From Syntrophaceae bacterium UBA5764 (GTDB lineage Bacteria > Desulfobacterota > Syntrophia > Syntrophales > Smithellaceae), in the NCBI GenBank assembly GCA_002418825.1, contig DIEW01000042.1:5527-66576 (forward strand): 61,050 bases of DNA, given 5' to 3'. Under the pieces are notes generated by a model. It did no database searches. It had not been told where the DNA came from and was given only the letters and a program-made list of their open reading frames with translations. This document shows, piece after piece, positions 18,924-27,863 of the stretch (position 1 is its first letter; each line of letters begins with the position of its first letter). The position numbers and the translations under genes were made by a program.

Positions 18924-19579
18924 AATCTTTCCAGAATAATAAACCCGTTGCATATAGTAAAATGCCTAATTAACCAACCGTTGTGCATCAAAAAAAAGTC
19001 TCTCTTTTCATCCAGCTTAAGCCCCATATATTCTTCAATTGCTCTAATGACACCCCTCTGGTTATCCCACCCCTTGCCGACGCTGCCGTCTCTGCGGACA
19101 AATACCTCCTGCATGTTCGTATCGTGGAAAAATACTTTGCAGCGGGGAGCAAGGTAAGGAAACCAGGCGCGGATTTCCGCAACCGTATGCTCGTAGAGAT
19201 GACTCGTATCAACAAACAAAATGTCGATGACCGGCTCGAAGCCCTGTTGTCGGCACCAGCCCGGAAATGCCTCAGCAAAAGAAATATCATCTGAATGAAC
19301 AAATATCCTGCTCCTAAAGTCGGATACCTCGGCGCGGTCCTCAATATCCACGCTCAGTAGTTTCGCATTCCACAAATTGGCAACATACTCAAAAACCATG
19401 GTCGATTCCCCGTCTCCCACGCCAAGCTCGACAATAAGTTTCGGTTCCATACTCAAACTTTCGACAAAAAGCGTTTCGAGATGGTCACTGATATCGGTTT
19501 TTTTCTTCTGCGCATGCCGGCGGATTTTATGGACAATTTTTGAAAGCGCTCTACGGTTCAACTTGTCCAGCATATTCAT
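18920..19579 (-). CDS. Class I SAM-dependent methyltransferase
   Basis: 219 aa. Motif I is LIVELGVGDGESTMVF, followed by an acidic loop SVDIED. The stop overlaps the convergent WaaL-like gene (CTAA). Confidence 0.65.
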   Translation of the reverse strand: MNMLDKLNRRALSKIVHKIRRHAQKKKTDISDHLETLFVESLSMEPKLIVELGVGDGESTMVFEYVANLWNAKLLSVDIEDRAEVSDFRSRIFVHSDDISFAEAFPGWCRQQGFEPVIDILFVDTSHLYEHTVAEIRAWFPYLAPRCKVFFHDTNMQEVFVRRDGSVGKGWDNQRGVIRAIEEYMGLKLDEKRDFFLMHNGWLIRHFTICNGFIILERF

Positions 19580-20532
19580 TTTCGATGTTCTCCATCATAC
19601 GTTGTTGTCTGCACATACGGCAGGTAAATATTATGGGAAAATTTTTCCAGCAGTTTCGGATAATCATTTATGGTTTTTTCCTTTAGAGGATCGTATATTT
19701 TGATGTACGATTCCAGATCGGGCCACTTTTCATCCCAGAACCTTCGTATTTCCTGCGACCAGCAATCATTAAGGTACCCCTCATAACTTCTTTCGCGGGC
19801 TTTATTCTTATGAGTAATTTTATGATAATGCCAAACAAATGAATCCATACTAACAGCGGTACACCCGCCGGCTAAAAAGCAGCGCAACGAAAAATCGTTA
19901 TTCTCGTAACAAGCTCTCCAGCGTTCGTCAAAATAACCTAGTTTATCGAATATTTCCCGTCGCCAGAACATTACATTTAGCTCGGAGGCAAGCACCCTTA
20001 GATAGGGCTTCACCGCCCGTCCCGTCAGCCTCTTCCATAATGATTTTTTTTCCTTTTTAATAACGGACAAGTCAAGATTATCCGAACCAAAAGGTTCTTT
20101 TGGCTTCCATGTCTGGTAGTCCAAATCACTTTTGTCCGTAAAAGGCGTGACTTGATAAATTTCTTCAATTTGCGCTTTCTGAAACAGATCCTCATCCATA
20201 CCTGAAGTAATCAACACATCGGAAGTAATCAATCCAACGATCGGGGATTTGCAGACACGAACAAACCAATTTATGGCGCCACTAATGCCAATGTTACGGT
20301 TCAGAAAAATTGAGGAAAATTTGTATTGTGCCTGTTTTTCCAGAAGCCACCTCTGGTGAGCGGGAACGGAACCTTGGTCAAACAAAAACACTTCGCTTCT
20401 GAGTTTTTTGCTCTTTCGCGCATAAAAAGTATCGATCGTCTCTTGCAAAACAGTTTCCGCCTGAGCTTCACCATCCGGGTTATAATTTAATATTAAATAA
20501 GAAATATCGGGTATCATAATATTTTCGCGCAA
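19576..20532 (-). CDS. GT-A fold glycosyltransferase (GT2-like)
   Basis: 318 aa. The N-terminal ISYLILNYNPDG, then NRNIGISGAINW and a late VWHYH, resemble GT2 enzymes. The assignment is weaker than for the other GT2s. Confidence 0.55.
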   Translation of the reverse strand: MRENIMIPDISYLILNYNPDGEAQAETVLQETIDTFYARKSKKLRSEVFLFDQGSVPAHQRWLLEKQAQYKFSSIFLNRNIGISGAINWFVRVCKSPIVGLITSDVLITSGMDEDLFQKAQIEEIYQVTPFTDKSDLDYQTWKPKEPFGSDNLDLSVIKKEKKSLWKRLTGRAVKPYLRVLASELNVMFWRREIFDKLGYFDERWRACYENNDFSLRCFLAGGCTAVSMDSFVWHYHKITHKNKARERSYEGYLNDCWSQEIRRFWDEKWPDLESYIKIYDPLKEKTINDYPKLLEKFSHNIYLPYVQTTTYDGEHRK

Positions 20533-20603
20533 ACTATAGCCACACCACGAATCAGTGTCAAGTTAATTGATTGCCGGCCAACGAAAACCATAATAAAAAA
20601 CAA

Positions 20604-20632
20604 TTGACATTGGTTGACATTACCCCTATAAA
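20604..20632 (+). promoter_or_regulatory. Near-consensus sigma70-type promoter for the 20676 methyltransferase gene
   Basis: TTGACA (20604-20609), a 17-bp spacer, then TATAAA (20627-20632). The spacer contains a second TTGACATT copy one helical turn downstream of the first. Confidence 0.6.
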
Positions 20633-20675
20633 TTCATGCGCTGCTGCAATCTATTAAGGATTTTATTATTTTAAC

Positions 20676-21317
20676 ATGCGTGACTCGGTTAAAGAATTTG
20701 TCAGCGACGTAATAGAGACAGTCCCATTAAAAGAGCCAATTTACGAATTCGGCTCTTATCTCGTGCCGGAACAAATCGAGTTGGCAAATTTACGTTCTCT
20801 CTTTCCCGGTAAAGAATATATTGGTTGTGACATGCGTGGAGGGCCGGGAGTTGATCGAATACTGAATCTGCATAATATTGATCTTCCTCCCGCAACCGCG
20901 GGTACGGTGCTTTGCCTCGATACATTAGAGCATGTGGAATACCCCCGCAAAGCCATGGAAGAAATTCATCGTATCTTAAAACCCGGGGGAATAGTTATTA
21001 TCAGTTCAGTTATGAATTACCCCATTCATGATTTCCCCTTTGATTACTGGCGATTTACCCCCGAAGCGTTCAGGTCTCTGCTGAAAATATTTGCCAGCAT
21101 CTATGTAAACCATGCCGGGGAAAATGACTTCCCTCATACCATTGTCGGTATCGCCGGCAAAGGAACAAAATACGATTTCACGGCGCTGAAGCAAAAAGGG
21201 AATGATTGGCAACGCAAATGGACGGAGCCAGAATCTCCAAAAAATCTGTCCGGCAAATTAAAAAGGGAAGCTAAAAGAATCATGCATCAGGTTATAAATC
21301 CGTTGAAAAATCATTAG
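20676..21317 (+). CDS. Class I SAM-dependent methyltransferase (Methyltransf_11-like)
   Basis: 213 aa. Diagnostic stretch: CLDTLEHVEYPRKAMEEIHRILKPGGIVIIS. Preceded by a near-consensus promoter. Confidence 0.7.
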   Translation: MRDSVKEFVSDVIETVPLKEPIYEFGSYLVPEQIELANLRSLFPGKEYIGCDMRGGPGVDRILNLHNIDLPPATAGTVLCLDTLEHVEYPRKAMEEIHRILKPGGIVIISSVMNYPIHDFPFDYWRFTPEAFRSLLKIFASIYVNHAGENDFPHTIVGIAGKGTKYDFTALKQKGNDWQRKWTEPESPKNLSGKLKREAKRIMHQVINPLKNH

Positions 21318-21384
21318 TTGTTTTCGGCCAGCCGATATCAGGAAAAGCAGGATTATAAAGCATTAAAAATAACCGTGAAAATGA

Positions 21385-21414
21385 TTGACATGAAGAATTA
21401 ACCTTTATTATAGT
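21385..21414 (+). promoter_or_regulatory. Sigma70-type promoter far upstream of the CmcI-like methyltransferase gene
   Basis: TTGACA (21385-21390), an 18-bp spacer, then TATAGT (21409-21414). This implies a leader of about 220 nt before the ATG at 21641. Confidence 0.45.
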
Positions 21415-21640
21415 AGCAAAAAATCAGCAGAAAAGTCCTCTGAACAGGAGTAAAAATTAGAATACTTCGTCATTTCCGCACGTGATATTAATAATATGCC
21501 AGGTCCGATTTATGCCTTTGATTTTTAGTTGGCTTCCAAACGTATCGATCAACTCTGCCATATTTATTATCTTCTTTTTGAAAAGCGAAATGGCGGCTGA
21601 TTTTGACGGATAGGCAGCCGCATCGGAGGAGGAGGCAAAA

Positions 21641-22411
21641 ATGGCCAAGACCAAATACATGGAAAAAAATCTGAATATGCATTTACGTAAAGTTCTGCCA
21701 ATCATTCATGAAGGCATGATGGAACGAACAACGTATTTCGGTATCGGCGCCCAAAAAAATCCTCTGGATGCCTGGACTTATCAAGAAATCCTCTATGAAA
21801 CCAGGCCTGACGTTATAATCGAAATTGGCACAGCCTTCGGCGGCGGCACGCTGATGCTGGCACATCTTTGTGACCTTCTCGGCAAAGGTAGAATTATCGG
21901 CCTGGATATTTCTCACAAAAATGTTCCGGATATTGTGAAACAACACCCTCGCATTTCTTTGCTAGAAGGAGACGCATGTCATAATTTTGAACATGTAGAA
22001 AAGATGATTTCAAAAGATGACAGGATTTTAATAATCGAGGATAGTTCTCACACTTATGACAATACGCTGAATATTTTACGTCTGTATTCCGGACTGATTA
22101 AACTCGGCGACTATTTCATTGTCGAAGATAGTATTTGCCATCACGGCCTGAACACAGGACCAAAACCCGGACCCTATGAAGCGATAGAATCATTTGTCAA
22201 CGAAAACAATGATTTTGAAATTGATAGAACAAGAGAGCACTTTTTTATAACCTTTAACCCTAAAGGATACCTGCGGCGGATCGCAATTACAGTTAATAAT
22301 CAACGCTTTTATGTACCGAAACCCGCAACACCGCCGGGTTTAACGCATAAGATAAAAAGGGAATTAAAAAGAATCTATCTGCAGTTAGCGAAGCTATTTG
22401 TTAAGTCCTAA
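21641..22411 (+). CDS. CmcI (cephalosporin hydroxylase)-family O-methyltransferase, sugar O-methyltransferase-like
   Basis: 256 aa. NPLDAWTYQEILYETRPDVIIEIGTAFGGGTLMLAHL and IIEDSSHTY fit the CmcI family pattern. The RBS is strong (GGAGGAGGAGG). Confidence 0.7.
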   Translation: MAKTKYMEKNLNMHLRKVLPIIHEGMMERTTYFGIGAQKNPLDAWTYQEILYETRPDVIIEIGTAFGGGTLMLAHLCDLLGKGRIIGLDISHKNVPDIVKQHPRISLLEGDACHNFEHVEKMISKDDRILIIEDSSHTYDNTLNILRLYSGLIKLGDYFIVEDSICHHGLNTGPKPGPYEAIESFVNENNDFEIDRTREHFFITFNPKGYLRRIAITVNNQRFYVPKPATPPGLTHKIKRELKRIYLQLAKLFVKS

Positions 22412-22449
22412 AAACATCGCCTTTTTCTGAAAGATAATGGAAAATATTT

Positions 22450-22470
22450 TCGGTTTCTTCAAGAAACCGA
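22450..22470. terminator. Symmetric hairpin between the convergent CmcI-like and AT3 genes
   Basis: TCGGTTTCT-TCA-AGAAACCGA (9-bp stem, 3-nt loop). The flanks are A/T-rich on both sides but contain no long U-tract. Confidence 0.4.
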
Positions 22471-22540
22471 TTCTCACACATACAAGACACAATATCCTAT
22501 CCGGTATAAAACTCACTTTTATTTTTTTATTCTGCTCGCA

Positions 22541-23551
22541 TTACGAAACATAGGTACGTAATTTCGTCTTGCCCAGCAGATAAACGGATATACAGGTTAA
22601 AGAAAATGTAAGAATAAACAGCGAAATACCTTTGAGAACACCGCCGCCCAAAAGAGCCTCATCACTCAGACAAAACACGGAAAACAAACTGAGCAGTGCG
22701 GCCATCCAGTAAGTATGCAAAGCAAAAATTCCCAGCGAATACGTGGACAGAAAAAGGACAAGCCGACTTGCCTTGGTCCACCCTGAGATAAAAAAAGAAG
22801 CGAAGGTTAGAACACCGAACAGGACAGGAAGTCTGGCATAAGCTGAGGTTGTACCGCTGAACAGCCATTCGTAGAGCACGCTCAGCGCAAAACCGATAAA
22901 AAAAAGCCACCGGTAACGGACAAATTTATCTTTGTGTTGGTTCAGATAATAGGCAATGGGTATATAAATATAGTAACCGCGCATGGATCTGGTGTCAACA
23001 CCGATCCCGTAAAGCGGCGAAAGAAAAAAATAAACACATGACACGCCGATAACAATCGCAGATACTGTTAACTTTATTTTTCCGGGTAATTTTAGAAAAA
23101 TAAAAGTCAGCACCGTACATAAAATCAAGATATAAATATAATAAAAAATCGAAGGAATAGCCGGGGTCATCGGAAGGTCTGGTCCTCCGGAACGGAAAAT
23201 TGTTTTTAAAGGAAGCGGCAGAACACCGCCTAATAACAAATAGAGAATGAACTGAATGCCGACCCAGAAAACATAAATCTGGAGCAATCTTAAAAAGCGC
23301 TTTTTCCAGTAACCGTCATTTATGGATAGCTTACTGATAAAAAGATACAGAGAAACGAGAATAAAGGAAGGGACAGCTATAAGCGATATATCTTGATAGA
23401 AAAAACGGATTAACTCTTTTATCCAAAACACGCCAATGCAGGAATCAGCCAGCATTTCAGGACGGACAGGCTGAAGATGCCATATTACCACCAGCACAAT
23501 GCAGACAGCTTTTATTAAATCCAGCCCACGTTCTCTTGATTGATCCTGCAT
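22541..23551 (-). CDS. Acyltransferase family 3 (integral-membrane O-acyltransferase)
   Basis: 336 aa, polytopic. The N-terminal RGLDLIKAVCIVLVVIWH is typical of AT3 proteins. Confidence 0.75.
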   Translation of the reverse strand: MQDQSRERGLDLIKAVCIVLVVIWHLQPVRPEMLADSCIGVFWIKELIRFFYQDISLIAVPSFILVSLYLFISKLSINDGYWKKRFLRLLQIYVFWVGIQFILYLLLGGVLPLPLKTIFRSGGPDLPMTPAIPSIFYYIYILILCTVLTFIFLKLPGKIKLTVSAIVIGVSCVYFFLSPLYGIGVDTRSMRGYYIYIPIAYYLNQHKDKFVRYRWLFFIGFALSVLYEWLFSGTTSAYARLPVLFGVLTFASFFISGWTKASRLVLFLSTYSLGIFALHTYWMAALLSLFSVFCLSDEALLGGGVLKGISLFILTFSLTCISVYLLGKTKLRTYVS

Positions 23552-23571
23552 AGACCAAGACTCTAAGCGTA

Positions 23572-24615
23572 CTAACGTTTCTCTCCTAAAAAGAGCATTC
23601 TGGTTATTCTAAACCGTTTCAGCAAAAAAAGCGTCAAAGCCAAAGATCCCATAATAGCCGCAACCCCGACCGAAAAGTAGCGGATCCCCCCCTCGCCAAG
23701 CCCCCGGAGATAGATGAAATTCCCATGGCAAACATAGATGTCCATGGACAAAATCCCCATCCAGCAAAAAAAGTTATAAAGCCGTATTTTACGCGCCAGC
23801 TCAACAAGGAATGAGGAAAAAAACATTCCCGAAAAAGCAACCATGTATTTGTAAATGGAAACAATAAGACGCGCAATGCCCGTTTCGCCAAAGATTTGTA
23901 AAAGAACCGGATAAAATGTGGGAAAAGCGTTCCTACGCCATCCGACCAACAAAAGAGGGAAAACGACTAAAACCATTGCATAGATAATTTTTCGCTTAGC
24001 TATCAGAAAGTCATAGTACTTGTACGCGAAAAACCCCGCCGCATAATAGGGGAAATATAACCTGCATTCTGATAAACCAAATATATCTGCCGATGCTGTT
24101 CTGGCCACAACAATCGCCGCAATAACGAAATAATTCTCCCAACGCACCCAGTTTTTGATTCGAACCACCTTGATAACAGTGAAAAGAAAGGCGCTGTTAA
24201 AAAAAAGCACCCATAAAAACCACAATCCTTTTCCCGGCGACTTGACGATGCTCCAAAGATATGGAAAAAGATTCACGCTCTGAGACGAATTATAAAGCAC
24301 ATAATTAACCAGCGCCCAGACAAAAAAAGGCACCAAAAGACGCAAGAAATTTTTTTTCAGGTATCGTGGAACAGAATAACCAAACTGTGTGGAAAGAATA
24401 AAACCGCTCAGAAGCATAAACAACGGCATGGCCCATGATATCAACGCCAAATAAGCACGATTACTGTCATGATGGGGATCATTTACCTGAATAGCGTGTA
24501 AAAATACGACGGCAATAATCGCAAATCCTTTTAAAGCGTCAATATGATGGTTGCGCGCGGGGTCAAGCGCATCGTTTATTTTGAGGAAATCTCGGATTTT
24601 ATCGCGTTTAGTCAC
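23572..24615 (-). CDS. Acyltransferase family 3 (integral-membrane O-acyltransferase), in tandem with the previous gene
   Basis: 347 aa, polytopic. HHIDALKGFAIIAVVFLHA motif. Confidence 0.75.
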   Translation of the reverse strand: MTKRDKIRDFLKINDALDPARNHHIDALKGFAIIAVVFLHAIQVNDPHHDSNRAYLALISWAMPLFMLLSGFILSTQFGYSVPRYLKKNFLRLLVPFFVWALVNYVLYNSSQSVNLFPYLWSIVKSPGKGLWFLWVLFFNSAFLFTVIKVVRIKNWVRWENYFVIAAIVVARTASADIFGLSECRLYFPYYAAGFFAYKYYDFLIAKRKIIYAMVLVVFPLLLVGWRRNAFPTFYPVLLQIFGETGIARLIVSIYKYMVAFSGMFFSSFLVELARKIRLYNFFCWMGILSMDIYVCHGNFIYLRGLGEGGIRYFSVGVAAIMGSLALTLFLLKRFRITRMLFLGEKR

Positions 24616-24637
24616 GTGTTAATCAATCTCCTGATTT

Positions 24638-25513
24638 TCAGACGCGCCAAGCCCAGAACATCCCGACCGGCCGCCGGGCGGTTTGAAAACCCTGACGTTT
24701 TAGAAAAGCGTCGAGCGCTTCAATATTTTCATTTTCTCCGGAACCTTGGTGGACCTCCATGGCAATTTGATCAACACGCGCCAAAACATCAGGCGTACAG
24801 GAATATAAAATGCTGTATTCCGCCCCTTCGCAATCCATTTTGAGCAGATCACATCTCGCAACGCGGTGGTCATCAAAAATTTTTTGCAAAGTCACGCATC
24901 CAACTGTCAATGAATCGGCTGTTTTGCTGGTCGCAGTCAGCATCGTTGCATTGGTAGTAAATGAATCACTCGCATCAAGTGACAAATTAATTTCACCGCA
25001 GTGACCGGCAACCGCCAACGGAAAACATTCGATGCGATGTGACTTGTTCAAGTTGCGATTACGCATAAGCTCCGCAAAATTAACGGGAACTGGCTCGTAG
25101 GCCATAATTGAAGCTCCGGGGTACTTTGATGCGGCAAAAAGCGTGAAGTAACCGGCATTAGCGCCGATGTCGATGATTGTAGCACCAGGAGGTATCTTTT
25201 TTTTCAAACCGGCCAAGTAACATTCATCCATGAAAATTTCCTTGAATGTCTGCAGGAGCCTTTGGGGCACCTCCACCAACACGCCGCTGCGCGTTTCAAA
25301 AAGCAATGGCGCTGCGGTCGTAAGCCCGCACTTATAGGCCAGATAAAGTTTCCAGTTTTTAAAATGTTTCCATAAGCGATAATAGCGAATAATAATCTTA
25401 ACCCTCCATAAATATTGCCTCTGATAACATATCGGCAAAATTATTAAAACATGATTTTTTTCCCCATCTGTGTTAGAGCTATCGCCAAGAAGCATCGGAC
25501 TATATATATTCAT
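24638..25513 (-). CDS. FkbM-family methyltransferase
   Basis: IIDIGANAGYFTLFAASKYPGASIMAYEPVPVNF and LLKMDCEGAEYSIL are FkbM hallmarks. The start is uncertain: ATG 25513, ATG 25495 or TTG 25570. None has a Shine-Dalgarno sequence. Confidence 0.8.
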   Translation of the reverse strand: MNIYSPMLLGDSSNTDGEKNHVLIILPICYQRQYLWRVKIIIRYYRLWKHFKNWKLYLAYKCGLTTAAPLLFETRSGVLVEVPQRLLQTFKEIFMDECYLAGLKKKIPPGATIIDIGANAGYFTLFAASKYPGASIMAYEPVPVNFAELMRNRNLNKSHRIECFPLAVAGHCGEINLSLDASDSFTTNATMLTATSKTADSLTVGCVTLQKIFDDHRVARCDLLKMDCEGAEYSILYSCTPDVLARVDQIAMEVHQGSGENENIEALDAFLKRQGFQTARRPVGMFWAWRV

Positions 25514-26647
25514 ATGGCAAAAATTGCGGTAGTGATACCAAAATACGGTCTGATCGGTGGCGCCGAACAATTTGTGGCCGAACTTACGGAAAAACTAGCC
25601 GTTAAAACGGGGCACGATTTCCTTGTGTGCGCCAACCGGTGGCAGACTTTGTCTTCAGCGGTAATTTTTCATAAAATCCCCATATTTTCTTTTCCCAAAT
25701 TTTTAACGACGCCGAGCTTTGCCTACTTCACACGCCACTACCTTGCCACCGATGTTTATGACCTTATCCACACACACGACCGCATTTTTTCCGCCGATAT
25801 TTTCACGCTTCACGGTATTCCCCACCGCTACTGGGTCCGCAATGTTCGTCAAAAAAAAATGAGCCTTTACGACATAACCACGGCTTGGATGGAAAAAAAA
25901 ATGGTCCTGGATGGCGGTTGCCGGAAGTTTATCGCCGTATCCGAATTAACTAAAGGCATATTTCTCGATGAATATCCCGCGGTACAGGAAAAAGTCTCCG
26001 TTATTCATCCCGGCGTGAACCTCAGCGATTACACAATTTCCGACCGTGAAGCCGTTCGCGTCAAGATAAGAGAGGCCTACGGGATAGGCCCGAACGAACC
26101 ACTGTTGGCCTTCGCTTCCATGAACTTTGAAATAAAAGGGCTTGACTTCATCATCAATGCTTTAGGAAAACTCAAGTCCCGCAAGTATTCCTTCCGTTTA
26201 TTAGTTGCCGGCAAAGGCAATACAAGCAAATATACCCGCCTAGCGCAGCAAGCGGGCGTTGCTGAAAATATTATTTTTACCGGCAAACTCGACAAAAGAG
26301 ACCTAATCCGGCATTATTTAGCCTCCGACATGTATATAATGCTTTCCGCATTCGATACTTTCGGCATGGTTGTGCTTGAGGCAATGGCCGCAGGTTTGCC
26401 GGTCATTATCAGCAGCAATGTAGGAGCCAAAGATCTCGTCAGAGAAAACGAAAACGGATTTGTCATCGCCGATACCTCGAACACCGAAATCATTGCTGAC
26501 AAAATTGAACGCCTGCTGGACAAAAACACACACCGGAGAATGTCACGTGCGGCTTCGGCCACAGCGTCCCAAAACACCTGGGATCATGTTGTGGAAAAAT
26601 ATGTGCAAATCTACAGAGAAGTTCTCCAAAACAAGCAGAAAAATTAG
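25514..26647 (+). CDS. Glycosyltransferase family 4 (GT-B)
   Basis: I place the start at MAKIAVVIPKYGLIGGAEQF, not at the 25451 ORF start. The C-terminal FTGKL...SAFDTFGMVVLEAMAAGLPVIISSNVGAKDLV (E-x7-E) is typical GT4. Confidence 0.85.
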   Translation: MAKIAVVIPKYGLIGGAEQFVAELTEKLAVKTGHDFLVCANRWQTLSSAVIFHKIPIFSFPKFLTTPSFAYFTRHYLATDVYDLIHTHDRIFSADIFTLHGIPHRYWVRNVRQKKMSLYDITTAWMEKKMVLDGGCRKFIAVSELTKGIFLDEYPAVQEKVSVIHPGVNLSDYTISDREAVRVKIREAYGIGPNEPLLAFASMNFEIKGLDFIINALGKLKSRKYSFRLLVAGKGNTSKYTRLAQQAGVAENIIFTGKLDKRDLIRHYLASDMYIMLSAFDTFGMVVLEAMAAGLPVIISSNVGAKDLVRENENGFVIADTSNTEIIADKIERLLDKNTHRRMSRAASATASQNTWDHVVEKYVQIYREVLQNKQKN

Positions 26648-26703
26648 CGGTCCGTCAGCATGTTTTACTTGATAATCAATCAACGAAGGGGAAAAGGTTT
26701 TAA

Positions 26704-27723
26704 ATGACTTTCTTGTGTATTCTGCTTTCCATAATCATTGTACTGATAATTTTAGAGCTGGCCATGCTTTTTTTTGTACGCCATCCCAATGTCCTGAGAA
26801 AATTATGGCGCAGACTGCAAAACAGCATGGGATATTTATACGTTCAGGGTGAAAGAAAAATTATGCACTTCAACGAAAGTGCCGGACAATACCATCCGGA
26901 ACTCAGTTATACATTCAAGCCGGGAAAATTTATTTTTACGGAAAGGGAGTTTAGCAATATTTATTTTATCAATTCTCTGGGTGTACGCGATACGGAAGAA
27001 GCTTTAACCGCACCGGAAATAGTTATTGTCGGCGATTCATTCGCGCTAGGATGGGGCGTGGATCAGGAAAAGACATTCGGCAAATTGCTCGAACAAAGGA
27101 CAGGGTTAAAAGTTCTCAACACGTCTGTTCCTTCCTACGGAACCGTCCGCGAAATGATTATGCTGGGGAAAGTCGACCGCACCAACCTTAAATGCTTAAT
27201 AATTCAGTACTGCGGAGACGATTATGACGAAAACCTTAAATTTTATCTGAACGGAAACAAACCGCAGACAATGAGAGAGGAAACCTTTCACAAATTAACC
27301 GATATACACAGCCGCCCCAAAAAATATTATTTTGGCAAATATATTATTATGAAAATTCAAAAAAGAATCAATGAGATGAGGTCGGCAAACAATGCACAGG
27401 AAAATAAAACGGCACTGGATGAAGTCGATTTGTTTTTGCATGTATTAAAACAAAACGAAAAGATTCTTTCTTCCGCCCCCATTATTGTACTCGATCTCGG
27501 AGGTAAAAACCGGACAAACTATTTTATTGATTCATTGAAACAAAAATCAGCAGATGCCGATAATCCACGATTCATCCGCGAGCTTGCCGTGTTAAAAGTA
27601 ATGGATTACCTCAAAGCAGAAGATTTTTACGTCCTTGATGATCATTTGAACGATCACGGGCATATTGTTGTCGCGGACTTACTTTACAAAACCTTAAAAG
27701 ACAAAAGAATTATTCGGTCATAA
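26704..27723 (+). CDS. Membrane-anchored SGNH/GDSL-like hydrolase or O-acyltransferase
   Basis: 339 aa with an N-terminal TM helix. It has a block I-like IVIVGDSFALGWGV and a block V-like DDHLNDHGH. Confidence 0.6.
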   Translation: MTFLCILLSIIIVLIILELAMLFFVRHPNVLRKLWRRLQNSMGYLYVQGERKIMHFNESAGQYHPELSYTFKPGKFIFTEREFSNIYFINSLGVRDTEEALTAPEIVIVGDSFALGWGVDQEKTFGKLLEQRTGLKVLNTSVPSYGTVREMIMLGKVDRTNLKCLIIQYCGDDYDENLKFYLNGNKPQTMREETFHKLTDIHSRPKKYYFGKYIIMKIQKRINEMRSANNAQENKTALDEVDLFLHVLKQNEKILSSAPIIVLDLGGKNRTNYFIDSLKQKSADADNPRFIRELAVLKVMDYLKAEDFYVLDDHLNDHGHIVVADLLYKTLKDKRIIRS

Positions 27724-27751
27724 ATAAGCCAGAGATTAAATCAAGATATCC

Positions 27752-27780
27752 TTGACATGCCTGACCGAAATTTTTATACT
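27752..27780 (+). promoter_or_regulatory. Near-consensus sigma70-type promoter for the GT2-fusion / GT10-like genes
   Basis: TTGACA (27752-27757), a 17-bp spacer, then TATACT (27775-27780), 84 nt upstream of the ATG at 27864. Confidence 0.55.
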
Positions 27781-27863
27781 CGTGTTTAAATTATGGTTTT
27801 TTAAAACAATATCAATATGATAAACATTCACAAAGAATTATTGTTTCTGCAGGCGCTGCATCC

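Noticed and set aside
21457-21705. 82-aa and 64-aa minus-strand ORFs in the leader region of the CmcI-like gene
   Set aside because: They overlap the start of the well-supported plus-strand gene and lack an SD and any motifs. The region is better explained as a 5' leader.
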